64,000 nucleotides of DNA from Selaginella moellendorffii (Eukaryota > Plantae > Lycopodiophyta), in assembly GCF_000143415.4 (NCBI RefSeq), contig NW_003314312.1:129261-193260 (forward strand), given 5' to 3'. Below the pieces are notes generated by a model. That model saw only the letters and a list, made by a program, of their open reading frames with translations. It made no database searches and had not been told where the DNA came from. Positions 12,913-26,400 of the stretch are shown here, one piece after another. How positions within the stretch are numbered: position 1 is the first letter of the stretch; the number at the start of each line of letters is the position of its first letter. The translations under genes were made by a program, and so were the position numbers.

Positions 12913-13508
12913 TCCTTCATGAGTTAGTCATGGAGAAGGGAAAAGAGGAAAAAGACGGAAACATAAAAGGAAGTAATGGGGAGACAAAAGTGATGGAAAC
13001 ACTAGTAAAACTAGAGGGATGAAAAGTTATTGAAGTGAAAGGAATGGAAACAATATAAAAAAGTATGAGACAAAAGAGAGAAGTTTCAAAGTCACACTCG
13101 GCATAATTATGCTGCAATAAATCTATATCAAGGATGAGGTCAAAAGGTTGACTTGGCACCACTTGCAATGATTGCAACTCAAGCTTGAGATCACCTATAT
13201 GCATAATCAAGTCCGCCTCATCCCATGCACATACATGTGTACTGCCGTTGCTATAAAAAATTAAAACTAGCTTTGCCACATGATATAAATGTAGATAGCA
13301 ACATATGGCAATAAGCCAAGCAATAAAAAATAAACTCGAGTTCGTATCAACCAATAAAAAAGAATAGCAGGAGATTTGTTATTATAAAAATATGTTTGGA
13401 AAGTAACACTAATTGAGCTAGTGCCGAATGACCCCTTGTGATACTCCCGAAAGAAAGATGGAGGGGTCACTGCTTATTCATGCAAGATCCCTCCACTAGT
13501 CGCATGAT

Positions 13509-13608
13509 NNNNNNNNNNNNNNNNNNNNNNNNNNNNNNNNNNNNNNNNNNNNNNNNNNNNNNNNNNNNNNNNNNNNNNNNNNNNNNNNNNNNNNNNNNNN
13601 NNNNNNNN
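13509..13608. other. Assembly gap (100 N)
   Basis: Run of N. Confidence 1.
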
Positions 13609-14421
13609 GGGACCCTCTAAATCCCAAGTCTTGAGTGCAATACTTGCTTCGGGACGCCGGGCCGAAACACCGTAGCCTAGTGGCTCGGTATGGGTACCTC
13701 TACCCCCCCACTTCCATCCCGAAGGAAGGCCCAAGCCCCTAGGAAGGGCGAGGACCAATGAGCCGCATGGTACTCAAGTGGGGCACCACTCCACATGAGC
13801 CGGGAGCACTGCAATCGGTTTCCCTTTCGGGAGTGGGAGCTACTCTTGAGCACTTCCTTGGATGGCCCCTCCAGCACCAACCAAGTCCATACTCATTCCC
13901 ACCCAGGGCCCTTGGGTCCCAATCTCAACCTCAAGTCGGTTTGGAAGCCCCATTGGAGAGTCCCTTCAAAACTGGTTCCTGGACCTCACTATCCTTACTA
14001 TACTTTTGGAACCCCTTGCAACCCCCCCCCCCCGGGAGACACACGCTTTGGGCTTTCACCCCTTGACCCATATTAGTATTTGGACTTAGTCTCTGGCTCG
14101 ATCTCAGACTCGATTTTGGATCCGACTTCGGATTCGGTCTTGGACTCGATTTCGGAGCCGATCTCAGACCCGATCTCGGACCCGACCTCGGACTCGGTCT
14201 CAGACCCAATTTCGGATCTCGGACTCCGTCTTGAACTCGGTCTCGAACTCGGTCCCCGAGTTGGCCTCGGACTCGATTTCGGACTCTATCTCAAACTCGG
14301 TCTCCGAATCGGTCTTGGACTCGATCTTCGACTTGGTCCCATCCGATGAACTCTTTGTCATTTTGGTCATGCTTTCGGGGTTCCTTTAGCTTACGACACC
14401 TCGGCAAGTTGGTTCCTTACA
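13609..14421. mobile_element. Partial LTR of a second family (B), related to family C; left end hidden in the gap
   Basis: Ends in ...CCTTACA at 14421, where gypsy-A gag resumes. Shares TACTATACTTTTGGA, CGCTTTGGGCTTTCACCC and a GACTCG-type minisatellite (14095-14340) with the family C LTR, but is otherwise divergent. Confidence 0.7.
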
Positions 14422-17400
14422 GATGCTAAGGTCTCCATCCAATAAATGGAGGTTGCCACTCTAAAAAACACAAATAATATTAATAAGTGTGACTAACTTC
14501 ATCACATGCCTAACAACAGATATCATGGCCACGACCATGTCCTCACCTTTGTCCTTGAGTTTGGGCAGCAGTAGTATCAACCTCCATTAGAACAAGATTA
14601 TTTCCCACAAGAAGTGGGGTTGAAGGACGGGCAGCGAGAAGTAGAAGAGGCAACATTTCATAATGTTATTCCAAGCTAACAGCATTGTCAAGGGTGGCTG
14701 AAGTAAGTGCATGCATAAATCCTACAAAATCTTAATAAAGTACTAGCCATAACATTCCCAACTTGATCCATTCCGACATATTATGAGACACATATCCCTA
14801 ACCCCAAAGTGGAGTCAAAAGGGTGCCATGTGGTAGTGGCTGAGGTGGAAGTCAAACAAATGTAACACATTTGGAATAAAATACTCCAACTTGAAAAAGT
14901 CAAGAGCAGGAGTGAAACCTCAATGAGGTGCTCGAGGACCGAGCTTGAAGTGAGAAACAAGGGAGTCTCTAGAAAAGGGGACACAAGAAAAAAGGACACA
15001 AGAGGACCAAAACATGACACGTCGAAGAGTCTGAGATGGACCTGAGATGGAGTCCGAGATGAACCCGAGATGGAGCCTAGATGAAGTCCGAGATGGAATC
15101 CAAAATGGAATCCGAGATGGACTCGAGATGGACCTGAGATGGAGTCTAAGATGGACTTGAGGTGGAGTCCGAGATGGACCTGAGATGGACCCGAGATGGA
15201 GTTTGAGATGGACCCAAGATGGAGTCCAAGATGGAACCAAGACCGAGACCAAGACTGAGTTCGAGTCTAAAACCGAGACTAAGACCAAGTCCGATTCCGA
15301 ATACTAATACAAGTTGTTGGGTGAAAGCCTAAAGTGATTGTCCCCTAGGCGGCGGCAGCGGGCTGCAGGCAGTTTTAAAAATATAGTAGGGAGAGTGTAA
15401 GGGTTGGACCCCAATGGAGCCAATTTGGCCAGGAAAGGCCAGTGTGGCCTAAGAAGGTTGTACTTAGGTGTTGGGTGATAAGATAACCACTGGGAAGTCC
15501 AAGGCTAGAGCGAATGTGGACTGACAAGTGAGGTAGCTTGGTGAAGTGTTCAAGAGTCGGCTTTAGTTCCCCCTAGAGATCGAATGGTCAATGCTCCCAG
15601 TCCAAGCATGGGTGGCACTACCTACTTAGATACCTGGCATGGCTCAACAGAACCTCACTCTAAGCCCATGGCTAAAGCACCCAAAGGCAAAAGGCGGGGA
15701 GAGTACCCATAAGGCTCACATAAGGCCACGGTGTTTCGAAATGTTGTCCCAAAGTCCTGGATGGTGGAAAGAAAAAGGAGCAATCTTCTAGTGTAGTGAT
15801 CAAGGATGTAGTCACATGATAAGGAAATCCCAGGGAACAAGAGGACTTAGTGGTCAGGCCTATAGGCCTTGATCCAGTGGTAGTGTTGGTGAACATGGCC
15901 ATGGATAAAAAGGGACTTGGTGGGGACCGAAAAAGAATATTGTAGAAGGCTATTTCCCATGTTTATAGGCATCCTAAGGATGCTAAGGAGTGGATATGGG
16001 ATGACCACTCATAGACAGATGACCCAGTCTTTGAGAGATAGGATTGTGATGTAGGTGGTGTTGGATCACCGGTGTGACAAAGGTGAATAAACATGGCCTT
16101 AGTGTAACAAGCTAATATATCGGTGATACCTTTGGGTGTCAGTCATGGGACGAGACACATGGAGCACTTGGACGAAGTGTAAAGGTTGAGTGGCATAGAT
16201 GCCATTCTCAAAGCTAGCAAACCCCAAGTCTTGAATTGGACTTATGGAGGTTGTGAATGAAACTCCTCCAAGTGGTTAATGGTGTGGTTAAGTGATTAAA
16301 GTAGAATGGAAAAATTGATCACCTACAATTTGGTATTAGAACTGTTCCTTAGTTTGACTTTTATTGGTGCTCAAATATATCACTACTAATGTTGGCATCA
16401 GAAAGTCCTAGAAATGGGCCTATCCTTGAAGAGTAGTAGGTTGGGAAGACACTGTAGTTCATGTGTGAACTTATAGGCAAGGTGGTGGATAGAAAAGGGT
16501 TAATAATAAAATGACTTTGGGATCTTAGGAACAATATAAAGTTTTCCTTCGAGAGTTAAAAATGTGATCCAAATGAGCGTTTGACTAAGAAAACTAGCTA
16601 ATGTAGTTGTAGTAAACAACTATAATTGGGATCACAGGAAAGATAAAGACTCCAAAACAATAAAGGAGTCACAAGATTATCTTTATATAATTGAGGATGG
16701 TGCTTATGAATTTGAGACCGGAATTAATGACTGTGACAAGTTAAATACAGATAAGGACACAAATCCTTGAAATGGTAGCTGGGGTTACTGTTTATAAATG
16801 CTGGAAGAAACCCAAGGAGTTGGGGGTGTACTTAGAGGATGAATTAGTATTCTCATTATAGGGACAAATAGTCCTAAGGGGTAAAGGTAGCCCACAGGGA
16901 ACAAAAAATAATCAAATGTTGAAATAACACTTGCAAAGATGGTTCTTATGAGTAAGACATGAATACAAGAAGTTGTATTCTAGCGAGCTGGCATCTCAAA
17001 CGTAGGACTTTATGGGTCATTTGATTAGCAAAGTCCAAAGATGCTAGATGACTCAAGTGGAGTCAAGGAATGGTCCTAAGAGATTAATAAAAACATTTGG
17101 ACTGAGGTATGTTGTGCCTCACGATGGATGGGGAGGATTATAAAATTCAAATATGAGAACAGTGGGTATCTCATTGATAGCAAAATATACTATACTAAAG
17201 TTGTGGAAAAGGTGTTCTCAGAAAAAAGCAACTTTGACACAAAGTTGTATGTAAACATTATAGTGTAGTGCTAATGAATAGTTAACATGAGAAACAACTG
17301 TATTAGTCTTGGCAAAGACCTAAACACAAGTAAAAAGTGTTATAAAGATAGGCTTGTGGAGCCGATGGTATGAAGACACCGAATGTGCCAAGGTGTGATG

Positions 17401-18974
17401 CCTTGAGGTCAAGTTGGCAAGTTCATGAGAACCCCTTCCCAAAGGAATCCTAATGGAAATGGAAATAGCATAGCCTAAGTTGGAAGGCATGCAGTTAGAG
17501 TGTGGTGATCCAAATAATAATGGAGGTGTGGAAGCACCAACAATGAGTTGTAAGATTTGACAATTATAAAGCAACTAAACAAAAGGTGCAAAGTAATTGA
17601 TTGAATTGGTAAAAGATAATTACCTAGGACTTCTTATTGGGATAAAGAAGTTAGAGATACCCTTATGAGGGATAAATTGTTTATGTTGCAATATAATAAA
17701 TCAATATTGTGAAAGGAATATTTATTGTCAAAGAAGTCCATCATTAGGACACTCAAACACTCTAAAACACCAAGAAATAGTGTTTGGTATCATGAGGATA
17801 TTAGATAAGGCCCAAGGGACAAAGTCCCTAGCAAATGATGGATAAAAAGTGTTATCCAGCTTCCAAAGTTGTAGAGACGGGAGAAATTTATTTATTCAAA
17901 TTGGACAAAGCCAAAAAAGGATTTTGGCAAGGCTAGTGATAGGCATATAAAGGCCCATAAGTAATAATGTTAATCTTGGTGTGTGGGATTACAAGGTGAA
18001 TGTACCCGGATTGAAGAACCACTCCCTAGGCTATCATGTAGGTTCATCCCTAAGAATGCTTGCTAAAGCATGATAGAAAGTGCAAAGCTATCTTCTTAAT
18101 TTAAAGGAGAATAACTGAAGAAAATGTGTAAAGCCAAAAGCAAATAGTAAGGGGGTAGAACCAAACTATAGGAATCAAAAGGCATAACCAAGGGTGGTTA
18201 TGCAAGTTGGGAGTGGAGAATTAAATGGGTGCTCGAGCATATTGTTACTAACAACTACGATACCATGGAGTTTAAAACATAGAATTATTCATATTAGACC
18301 ATATATCAATTAAAAAACTTGTGAAAGGAAAGGCCTTAGCAAATAAGTGACAAAGTTCCTTCAAGGTTCCTAAAGATAATTCTAGATAACTTAGTATCTA
18401 GAAAGCCAAAGTGTAAATGGTTCATAGAATATGTGAAATCAAAGTGGCACAGCAAAAGTGTGGTTTTGAAGCTTGCTATAAAGCAAAGCTATCAAGATTG
18501 GGGAAGTAGTTCCTAAGTGTTCAAAAAGATAGTTTTGAATGAAAGTTGATAGTCAAGGACTTTCACACTTGCATATGAACCATGTTATGGTGGTCGGATG
18601 ACTTGCTAAGCAAGATTGGCAAGTCAGGGGAACAAATACCTTAATTGATAGTGCTAACCTCAGAGGGGGTGGCCCATGGGGCCAAGTATGGAGGAGTCTA
18701 TGCATGATTACAAACTTGTCAAGTGAGAGGATTTGACTGTGTGAAGGAACTAGGTTCCTAAGCTGTGATCTATAACACACTTTAAGTATAAGTTGGTGCA
18801 CCGGCATAGGGAGTCACGCTAGGCATTTTGGTGTAAGCGACTAAATTTTTCCATTCTACTTTAGTCACTTAACCACACCTCCGACCACTTAGAGGAGTCT
18901 CACTCACAACCTCCATAAGTCCTATTTTGGACTTGGGCTTGTTAGCCTCGAGAATGGCATCCCTGCCACTCAAC

Positions 18975-19107
18975 TGTAAGCTCCTAAGTTTGGACTTCCC
19001 GGGAGGTCACCCAGCCCAGTACTATTCAAACCAAAGGACGCTTAACCCTAAATATCCCAAGACCCTTAACCGATTGAAAAAGGGAAGTCCAAACTTAGGA
19101 GCTTACA
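18975..19107 (-). mobile_element. 133-bp 5S-related mini element with perfect 26-bp terminal inverted repeats
   Basis: TSD TCAAC (18970-18974 / 19108-19112), with the empty site in the sister LTR at ~24823. TIR TGTAAGCTCCTAAGTTTGGACTTCCC at 18975-19000 and 19082-19107. 5S-like segment at 18992-19046. Confidence 0.92.
18992..19046 (-). promoter_or_regulatory. 5S rRNA-derived Pol III type-1 internal promoter (box A - IE - box C)
   Basis: The minus strand reads GTTAAGCGTCCTTTGGTTTGAATAGTACTGGGCTGGGTGACCTCCCGGGAAGTCC. This aligns with the plant 5S rRNA 3' half (GTTAAGCG..TAGTACT.GGATGGGTGACCTCC.GGGAAGTCC). The 5' half of 5S is absent. Confidence 0.85.
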
Positions 19108-19969
19108 TCAACCTTTGCACTTGGTCCAAGTGCTCCATGTGTCCGATCCCAAGACTGACACCCAAAGGTACCACTGACATATTGGCTCGTTACGCTAAGG
19201 CTATGCCCATTCACCTTTGCCGCACTAGTGGTCCAATACCACTTGCATCACAATCCCGTCTCTCCAAGACTGGGCTGTCCGTCCACGAGTGGTCATCCCA
19301 GATCCACTCCTTAGCATCCTTAGGATGCCCACAGACATGGGGAATAGCCTTCCCCAACATCCCTTTGTCAGTTCTTGCCAAGTCCCTTTTCTGTCCATGG
19401 CCATATTCACCAACACTGCCACTAGATCAAGGCTCGCAGGCCCAGCCACTAAGTCCCATTGTCCTCTGGGACTTCCTCACCATGTGACTGTATTTGTAGT
19501 CACTACACTAGAGGACTGCTCCTCCTCCTTTCCCCGATTTGGGACTTCGGGACAACATTTCGAAACACTATGGCCCTACGCGAGCCCCGTGGGTACTCTC
19601 CCCACCTTCCACCTTTAGGTGCTTTAGCCATGGGCTTAGAGTGAGGTTTCGTTGAGCCACACCAGGTATCCAAGTAGGTAGTGCCACCCACACTTGGACT
19701 GGGAGTATCGGCCAATTGATCTCCCAGGGGAACTAGAGCCAGCTCTTGAACACTTCACCAAGCTACCCTGCTTGTCGGTCCGTATTCACTCTAGTATTGG
19801 ACTTCCCAGTGGTCAGTTCATCACCCAACACTGGGTTTGGCTTTCCTAGGCCAAACTGGCCTTTCCTGGCCAAACTGGCTCCACTGTAGTCCTCCCCCCT
19901 TACTATACTTTTGGAGCTCACCAAACCCCCCAGGGTCTGGGAGACAAATGCTTTGGGCTTTCACCCTCT

Positions 19970-20405
19970 CAGACTCGAACTCGGACTCGGACTCGGACTC
20001 GGACTCGGACTCGGACTCGGACTCGGACTCGGACTCGGACTCGGACTCGGACTCGGACTCGGACTCGGACTCGGACTCGGACTCGGGCTCGGGCTCGGTC
20101 TCGGTCTCGGTCTCGGTCTCGACCTCGGACTCCATCTTGGGTCCTTCTCAGACTCCATCTCGGATTCCATCTCGGGTCCATCTTGGACTCCATCTTGGAC
20201 TCCGTCTCAGTCCATCTCGGACTCCATCTCGGACTCTATCTCGGGTCCATCTCGGACTCCATCTTGGACTCCATCTCAGATCCATCTCGGACTCCATCTC
20301 AGACTCCATCTCAGTCCATCTCGGACTCCATCTCGAACTCCATTTCGGTCCATCTCGGACTCCATCTCGGACTCCATTTCGGTCTATCTCGGACTCCATC
20401 TCAAA
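19970..20405. repeat. LTR-internal (GACTCG)n array (~19 units) plus 10-12-bp units
   Basis: Directly visible. This is the most homogeneous hexamer array among the LTR copies. Confidence 0.92.
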
Positions 20406-23400
20406 CTCTTCCATGTGTCATATGTTGGTCCTTTTGGGTCCCTTTTTAGAGCCTCGCTTATTGCTCGCTTCATGCTCATTCCTCAAGCACTTTGTTCGGA
20501 GTTCCACTCCCACTCTCGACCTTTCAAGGCAGAGCTTTTAGTCCAAACGTGTTACGCTCGTTTGGCTTTCGCTTCGGCCACTACCGCATGGAGCCCTTCC
20601 GGCTCCACTTTGGGGCCTAGGGATTTTGTGTCTCACAACTCCACCACCCATAGACGAAATTCAATGTCCTCATCGAATAATAAACCCTTTTATAAAGTAA
20701 CACCTGCATGTATTACCATTTCCATCCTTGGCACCCAACCAATATTTGTTTATGGTTTGACACCAAAGGCTCACCAGGCCTTGTTTATCCTTTAAGGAGC
20801 ATAGTCTCTTCAACATAGAGACTCACTCGACCATCTGGGGTGGTTTGCTCCCCTTTTATTGGTTCAATTCTCACTAAACTTGTTAGAGACACCCTCTCTA
20901 ACTCAATTCCACTACTCATTCTTGAGTTGTCTCAGATTCCATCGACATAACTTTTGCACTTTGGAACTTTTAATTTTGACTTCTCAGGGTCAATTTCTTA
21001 AGTGTCTCCGACACCTTACGTTGCACATGGGACAACTCCACTTCCCCATCCTAGGAAGTTCTTTACTTGAGGGCACCATCATCCTCTCTTTGATATCATG
21101 CCATCTTTGGCACCAAGTTCCAGTTATTATAATTTGTGCTAGGGCGGCCCACAGCCCTATTATTTGGTTACCTTACCGCTCCCCCCTTTGGAGCATCCAC
21201 CTTCGCCAAATCGGAGCAGTTGGAAATCCATCCTTGGGGAAACATTGCCTTTCCCACAATCCGTTAGCACCCAATACATTAGTGTTCTTGCCTAACTTTG
21301 CCATTTGGATTCTTTCCTATGATTCCCATGGCTCTTTTCTTAACTATTAGTCTTTTGCTCTTATCCTTGATTGTTGCACTCAGCAACATAGGATCGCTAC
21401 CTTTATTTTTGAGGTTTCCTTTTGGTTCCATAGCAACACTTTGCTTTGCCAAGTCCAGAGGGTGTTCACCCCTAGTACGTCTCTTTAATATTTTCTGCTA
21501 TGGGCTCTATCCACAGCCCAACTTTTGAGACCCTCCCTTGGATTTCTTATAAAGACTACTTTCCTTGGACTTACTATGCCATCACATTGACATAACTCAT
21601 TTCCTTTAGGTGTTCTTCCCACTTGGTCACCTTGACCAAGCCTCACTATCATCAATAGTTCAAATCAACACTTTTGAACTAAGAACTTTATCCTTTAAAC
21701 TCACAAAGACCTTGTCCTTGTTTTAGCCATAAGACCACCTAGTGATCTAACATTGGCACTTTAACAGGTTTGCCAATAGGTACTAGATCTTCCAGACCTT
21801 TAAGTTGTTGACCATGACCCCGGGGGCATCCCCCACACTTGGCAGTGCACCCAAGCCAGCCCTTCCGGCTAAGGGTCCATAGCAACTAAGACTAGGTGTC
21901 CCCATCTCATTCACCACGTCCTTGGTGCCACTCACACCAAAGTGTTCAAGTTAGATATGCTGAGCCACACTAAGCAATCTAACCGTGCATCACGACTCCG
22001 AGGTATCCCTCGCTTGGTGGTGTGCCCAAACCAGTCTCCTCACTAAGAGTCCATGACCACCGAAAAATGAGTGTCCTCATATTCCAAACCATCACCACGC
22101 CTTAGTGATTTAGAACTCGAACCCAAGCACTAAATGGTCAGGACTCAAACCCAACTTCCGTATATGCATTTACGGATACCACACAGGATGCCTAGTGTGA
22201 CTCCCTATGCCGGTGCACCATCATGTATTTAAAGTGCGCTATAGATCACAGCTTAGGAACTTAATTCCTCCGCACTACCAAGTCTTCTCGCTTGACAAGT
22301 CTGTGATCATGCATGGACTCCTCTATGCTCGGCCCCATAGGCCACCCCTTTTGAAGTTAGCACCTTCAACTAGGGGATTTGTTCCCCCCGACTTGCCAAT
22401 CTCACTTAACAAGTCATTTGGCCACCGTAACATGGTTCATGCATAAACGTGAAAGTCCTTAACCATCGACTTTTGTTCAAAGCCCTCTCTTTGAACACTC
22501 GGAAACTACTTCCCCAATCTTAATAGCCTCGCCTCATGGCAAGCTTCAAGACCACGCTTCTACTGCGCCACTCTGATTTCGCGCATTCTATGAACCATTT
22601 ACACTTGGCTGACTAGGTACTTATCTACCTTGGGGAACGTTCAAGGAACTCTGTTCCTTGGCTTGCTAAGGCCTCTCCTTTCGCAAACTTACCAATTACC
22701 ATATAGTCTAACATGGACAATCCCATGGTTTAGACTCTCCATGGCATCCCAGCCGCTAGTAACAACATACTTGAGCACCCACTTGATTCTCCACTCTCAA
22801 CTTGCATAAGCACCATTGGTCATGCCTGTCAATTCCTATGGTTCAGTTCTATCCTTATACTATTTGCCTTTTGGCCTCATACATTTCCTTCGGTTATTCT
22901 CCTCCAGACTAGGAAGATAGCTTTGCACTTTCTACCATGCCTTGGCAAGTATTCATAGGGATGAATCTACCCGATAGCCTAGGGAGTGGTTCCTAAATCC
23001 GGGTTTGCTCACCTTGTAATCCCACACACTAGGATCACCATTGCTACTTATAGGCCTTTATATGCCCATCACTAGCCTTGCCAAAATCCCTCTTTGATTT
23101 TGTCCAATTTGGGTAGATGGACTTCTCCTGTCTCCACAACCTTGGACATTTGGATAACACCTCTTATCCTTTATTCGCTAGGGACTTTATCCCTTGGGCA
23201 TTATCCATTGCCCTCATGACACCAAATACCCCCTTCTGGTGTTCTAGAGTGTTTGGGTGTCCCAATGATGGCCTCTTTGACAATGAGTATCCCCTTTTCA
23301 ACATTGACTTGCTATGTCGCAACATAAGCAATTTATCCCTTATAAGGGTATATTGAACTTCCTTATCCCAATAAGAAGTCTTAGGTAGTTGCCTTCTACC

Positions 23401-26400
23401 AGTTTATGAATTGTTTTGCACCTTTTGCTTAGTTGCCTCATAGTTGTCAAGTCCTACAACTCATTGCTGGTGCTTCCACACCTTCATCATTATCTGGGTC
23501 ACCACACTCTAACCACATGCCTTTCAATTTAGGCTATGCTATTCTCATTTCCATTGGGATTCCTTTGGAAGGGGTTCTCATGAACCCATTAACTTGACCT
23601 CAAGGCAGCACACCTTGGCACTTTCGGTGTCTCCACACCATTAGCTCCACGAGCCTACCTTTATGACACTTCTTACTTGTGTCCAGGTATTTTTACCAAG
23701 ACCAATATGGTTGTCTCTTAGGCTAATTATCCATTAGCATTGCACCATAGAGTTCATGCACAACTTTGTGTCAAAGTTGTTTTCTTCCGGGAAACTCTTT
23801 CCCACGACTTTAGCATGGCACCTTTTGCCATCAATGAGATACATACTGCTCTCATGCTTGGATCTCAAGATCCTCCCCATCCTTCGTGGGGCACCACACA
23901 CCTCAGTCCAAATGCTTTCCTCAGGCCCTTAGGATTATTCTTTGACTCTATTGGAGTCATTCGATCTTTTGGACTTTGTTAATCCAACAACCTAGGAGGT
24001 CCTACTTTTGAGGTGCTAACTCACTGGAATACAACTCCTTGTATTCATGTCCTACTCACAAAGACCATCTTTTGCAAATGTTACTCCGACACTTGATTTG
24101 TTCTCTAGGGGCAACCTTTCGCCCCTTAGGACCACTTGTCCATGTGATGAGAATACCAACTCATCCTCTAAATACACCCCCAACTCTTTGGGTTGTTCCA
24201 GCATTTATTAGAGGTAGCTCCGGCTACTATTTCAAGGACTTGTGTCCTTTTCTGTATTTGACCTCCCACAGTTATTACTTCTGGTCTCAAATTCGTCAGC
24301 ACCAACCTCAACTTCATGAGGGTAATTTTGTGACTCTTTTATTGTTTTGGAGTCTCTATCTTCCTTGTGATCCCAACTATAGTTGTTTATCACAACTACA
24401 TTAGCCAGTTTGCTGAGTCAAACGCTCATCTGGATCACATCCTCAACTCAATGAGGAAAACCTTGCACTGTTCCCAAGATCCCAAAGTCGTTTCATCATT
24501 GGCCCTTTTCTATCAACCACCTTGCCTACAAGTTCACACGTGAACTATAGTGGAGAGCCATGTTTTCCCGACTTGCTACTCCTCAAGGACAAGCCCACTC
24601 CTAGGACCTTTCGATGCCAACACTAGTGGTGATATACTTCAGCACCAATAAAAGTCGGACTAAGGAATAGCTCCGATACCAAATTGTAAGCAACTAAATT
24701 TTTCCATTCTACTTTAATCACTTAACCACACCTTTGACCATTTAGAGGAGTCTCACTCACAACCTCCATAAGTCTTATTTTGGACTTGGGCTTGCTAGCC
24801 CCGAGAATGGCATCCCCGCCACTCAACCTTTGCACTTGGTCCAAGTGCTCCACGTGTCCGATCCCAAGACTGACACCCAAAGGTACCACTGATATATTGG
24901 CCCGTTACACTAAGGCTATGCCCATTCACCTTTGCCGCACTGGTGGTCCAATACCACTTGCATCACAATCCCGTCTCTCCAAGACTGGGCTGTCCGTCCA
25001 CGAATGGTCATCCCAAATCCACTCCTTAGCATCCTTAGGATGCCCATAAACATAAGGAATAGCCTTCCCCAACATCCCTTTATCAGTTCCTGCCAAGTCC
25101 CTTTTCCGTCCATGGCCATGTTCACCAACACTGCCATTAGATCAAGGCCCGCAGGCCCGGCCATTAAATCCCATTGTCCTCTGGGACTTCCTCACCATGT
25201 GACTGTATCTGTAGTCACTACACTAGAGGACTGCTCCTCCTCCTTTTCCCCATTTGGGACTTCGGGACAACATTTCGAAACACTGTGGCCCTACGCGAGC
25301 CCCGTGGGTACTCTCCCCACCTTCCGCCTTTAGGTGCTTTAGCCATGGGCTTAGAGCGAGGTTCCGTTGAGCCACACCAGGTATCCAAGTAGGTAGTGCC
25401 ACCCACACTTGGACTGGGAGTATCGGCCAATCGATCTCCCAGGGGAACTAGAGCCGGCTCTTGAACACTTCACCAAGCTACCCTGCTTGTCGGTCCGTAT
25501 TCACTCTAGTATTGGACTTCCCAGTGGTCAGTTCATCACCCAACACTGGGTCTGGCCTTCCTGGGCCAAACTGGCCTTTCCTGGCCAAACTGGCTCCACT
25601 GCAGTCCTCCCCCCTTACTATACTTTTGGAGCTCACCAAACTCCTCAGGATTTGGGAGACGAACGCTTTGGACTTCGAAAATGGAGGTAGTGATCCTATG
25701 TTGCTTGGTGCAATAGTCAACAGATAGGAGCAAAAAGCTAGTGGCTAAGAAAGAGTCATAGGAATCATGGGAAAGAATCCAAATGACAAAATTAGGCTAG
25801 AAACACTAATGTGTTGGATGTTAACAGATATTGAGAAAGGCAATGTGTTTCCAAAGATGGATTCCCAACTACTCTGATTTGGCAAAAGTGGAAGCTCCAA
25901 AGGAGGGAGCAGTAAAGTAGCCAAATGATGGGGCCATGGATAGCCCTAACACAAATTATAATAACTGGAACTTAGTGCCAAAGGTGGCAGAAAATAGAAA
26001 AGAGGATGATGGTGTCCTCAAATAAAGAACTTCCTAGGATAGGGAAGTGAAGTTTGCACAATATGTGCAATGCAAAGTGTTGGAGACATCTAGGGAATTG
26101 ACTTCAAGAAGTCAAATTTAAAAGTTTCAAACTGGAAAAAGTTATATCGATGGAAACTAAAACTTCTTGAGAATGAATAGTGGGATGAGATAGAGAGTGT
26201 CACTAACAGGTTTAATGAGAACTAAACTAATAAAAGGAAAGAACCACCACAAGTGGTCGAATGAATCTCTAAGTTGGAGAGACTATGCTCCCTAGAGGAT
26301 AGACAAAGCATGGTGAGCCTTCGGTGTCAAACCATTGACAAATATTGGCTAAGTGCCAAGGATGGAAAGGGTAATACATGCTAGTATTACTTTATAAAAT

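Larger units (their letters stand above)
18832..25671 (-). mobile_element. Second family-C element (C2) nested in inverse orientation inside C1
   Basis: 3' LTR 18832-20637, PPT 20639-20649, ~4.05-kb internal region 20638-24684 without long ORFs, PBS TGGTATCGGAGC (24670-24681, initiator-Met type), and 5' LTR 24685-25671 (truncated). Confidence 0.9.

Noticed and set aside
18992-19046. Genuine 5S rRNA gene
   Set aside because: Only the 3' ~55 nt is present, embedded in a TSD-flanked mobile unit rather than an rDNA array.
19821-20795. Overlapping ES/SD/LG/RV/SP-repeat ORFs in LTRs (also 886-1817, 13931-14349, 14920-15288)
   Set aside because: They are by-products of stop-poor hexamer arrays, and the frames are not conserved between copies.
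20638-24684. Short plus-strand ORFs (76-163 aa) in the C2 internal region
   Set aside because: They are antisense to the element, have no domain motifs and are not preserved in C1.
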